Shown in pieces: positions 62,194 through 64,000 of a stretch of DNA of 64,000 bases. The stretch comes from an uncultured Nitrospiraceae bacterium (GTDB lineage: Bacteria > Nitrospirota > Nitrospiria > Nitrospirales > Nitrospiraceae). The stretch spans positions 1,088,001 through 1,152,000 of the forward strand of contig CAWJWJ010000001.1 in NCBI GenBank assembly GCA_963846575.1, in the 5' to 3' direction. Below the pieces are notes generated by a model that was not told where the DNA came from, searched no databases, and was given only the letters and a program-made list of their open reading frames with translations. Each line of letters starts with the position of its first letter. Within the stretch, counting starts at the first letter, position 1. Made by a program: the position numbers and the translations under genes.

Positions 62194-63600
62194 TCAGCCC
62201 GCATGCCGGACTTGTTCGGCCAGGCTCTCGAGTTGAGCCTGCGGCAACTTCCCCGTGGCGTTTCGAGGCAATGAGTCCACGAGATGTAACGGACGGGGAA
62301 GAAATACCGGATCGATGCGCTGTCGGAGGCCGGCGAGAATCGCGGCACGGCTGACACCTGGAGCCACGACGAAGGCGCTCAACCGGCCGTTGCCTGACCG
62401 GCCCTGATCGGGCCAATAAAAGGTGCCGTCCAGGACCCCCGCCACGCGAGTCAGGGCTGCATTCAGCGCCGCCAGGGAGGCGCGTTTGCCGGCCACCTTC
62501 ACCAGATCGTAATGCGGGCCATGCAGGAGGAATTCACGTCGAGTGCGCGGGGTAATGCGGTCCGTCAATAGGAGCCATTCGCCGACGTGGCCGCCCCTCA
62601 CCCAGGTGTGGCCGTCTTCCTGCCTCATGTGAAGCTGGTGCGCGAGCGTCCAGGCCTCTCGCTCGGTGGTACGGCGGGAAGCGATCATTCCGCCTTCCGT
62701 GCACCCATAGATTTCATGCACCGGCACGCGCCAGAGAGTTTCTGCCTGCTGGGCCACGTTGAGTGCGAGCGGCATGGTAGCGGACATAATGCCTTCGAGC
62801 CCCCGCAGCATCGTGTGTTCACTGAGATAGGCGTTGAGGTGAAAGGGCGTAGTCATCAACCAGGCCGGTGACTCCAGCCCTGCAAGATCGGTTCGAATAT
62901 CTGCCGGCAAGATCGAATTGCCGGCGTGCAGACTCCAGCCGCATTGCAGCGGCAGCATGATGGTCGTTTCCAATCCATACATGTGTTGCGCCGGCACGGT
63001 TCCCACCACGGTCCGCGGGGGAGTGCTCGAAAGATCGAACTGTTGGCCCAAGGCCTGGGCTCCCATCACCAGGGAACCCCAGCGTTTCGCATGCGCCTGA
63101 GGCAATCCGCTGCTCCCCGACGTAAACGCGATGGCGGCGATCTGGTCCGCTGGAATGGAAGGGTTGTCCGACGAGCCCACGCCCCGGCAGACCTGATCGT
63201 TGATGCGGAGGCGGGGAATGCCGCCGCTCACCTCGTCATGGTCCGTCAGGATGTAGGAGTCGGGATAACGTTGGGCGAGTTGTTGCAGCGATTGCTCCGC
63301 TCTGCAGGTAGGTAACAGGCTGATCTGCCGCGCCACCAACCCGGCGGCGAAGCCGATGGCAAACGAGTAGCGATCCTTGCAAAGATTGATCGCATACCGT
63401 TTTTTAGGCAGCCGTGCAGCCAGCGCCCACACCGATCGAAGAAACTCCTGGACGGAGTAGTCCCGCTCGCGCCGCCGGGCTAAAGTGCCGGTGCTGGAAT
63501 GTTGTTTGAGCAGCGCATAACAGGCCGGCGTGGCCACAGGGCGGGCGTAGACTCTCCGCCCATGAGAAGCCGGGGCGATTTGGGCATCGGTCGAACGCAT
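62194..63600 (-). CDS. AMP-dependent acyl/aryl-ACP ligase (XanA2-like)
   Basis: FTSGSSG, QHMYG, EIYGCTEGG, PRNATGKL. Confidence 0.85.
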   Translation of the reverse strand: MRSTDAQIAPASHGRRVYARPVATPACYALLKQHSSTGTLARRRERDYSVQEFLRSVWALAARLPKKRYAINLCKDRYSFAIGFAAGLVARQISLLPTCRAEQSLQQLAQRYPDSYILTDHDEVSGGIPRLRINDQVCRGVGSSDNPSIPADQIAAIAFTSGSSGLPQAHAKRWGSLVMGAQALGQQFDLSSTPPRTVVGTVPAQHMYGLETTIMLPLQCGWSLHAGNSILPADIRTDLAGLESPAWLMTTPFHLNAYLSEHTMLRGLEGIMSATMPLALNVAQQAETLWRVPVHEIYGCTEGGMIASRRTTEREAWTLAHQLHMRQEDGHTWVRGGHVGEWLLLTDRITPRTRREFLLHGPHYDLVKVAGKRASLAALNAALTRVAGVLDGTFYWPDQGRSGNGRLSAFVVAPGVSRAAILAGLRQRIDPVFLPRPLHLVDSLPRNATGKLPQAQLESLAEQVRHAG

Positions 63601-63881
63601 TAGCGAGTCCGGTGTCGGGCGATGTGGGTGGACAAAGCACGTAACGAGGCGAGCGCCTCCCGGTTCTCCGAACGCAACTCGACGCCATAACGTTTGGAGA
63701 TCGCCAGGGCGATTTCCAGCATGTCGATGGAATCCAATCCCAGCCCGTCACCGAAGAGGGCCGCCTCGGGATCGATGTTCTGCGGGAGCATCTCGAGCCT
63801 GAGAGCCTCCACAATGAGGCTGGCTATGTCCGGCTCTAAACCACCTTCTGTTCCGGGACTCGCTTGTATTGGTGCTCCCAT
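63600..63881 (-). CDS. Acyl carrier protein
   Basis: LFGDGLGLDSIDMLE phosphopantetheine site. Confidence 0.92.
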   Translation of the reverse strand: MGAPIQASPGTEGGLEPDIASLIVEALRLEMLPQNIDPEAALFGDGLGLDSIDMLEIALAISKRYGVELRSENREALASLRALSTHIARHRTR

Positions 63882-64000
63882 ATCATTGTGCCTCTTGGAG
63901 TGTGGCTGCGGGGCGTTCGGTCAAGGAGTAGGGCTGGGTACGCCGGAGAGCGGTTTCCAGGAGTTCCTCCGGATCATCGAAGAATGGTTTGGGATGCAGG

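Noticed and set aside
63883..64000. 3' end of a further upstream minus-strand gene of the polyene cluster
   Set aside because: Likely present, but two frames are open and neither can be identified from 118 nt.

Overview
GC-rich bacterial DNA. The gene content (DUF3015-like and DUF2959 lipoproteins, USP/PCP_red/radical-SAM cluster, CHAT/DUF928/TPS cluster) suggests Nitrospira or a relative; this is inference. Nearly all genes are on the minus strand. (1) 1-38 kb is a cell-envelope signalling and secretion island. It holds a TonB receptor, a REC-8xPAS protein, a substrate-binding protein, a HAMP-GAF kinase and a response regulator. It then holds a two-partner-secretion locus with four tandem TpsA paralogs (two frameshifted), a TpsB, an exported TPR-CHAT caspase-like protease and two DUF928 proteins, followed by a FadL / V4R-GAF hybrid kinase / di-heme cytochrome c module. 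A repeated sigma-54 promoter plus 18-bp TGTATC-N6-GATACA enhancer architecture runs through the island, and two such promoters drive unannotated micro-proteins. (2) 38-48 kb: CopD-like protein, two radical SAM enzymes, a USP-PCP_red-rubredoxin fusion, menG/ubiE and a uvrA lacking its insertion domain. (3) 48-52.7 kb: small exported and membrane proteins. (4) 52.7-64 kb: an aryl-polyene/xanthomonadin-type type II PKS/FAS cluster that continues past the window edge. No rRNA, tRNA, CRISPR array or transposase was recognised.
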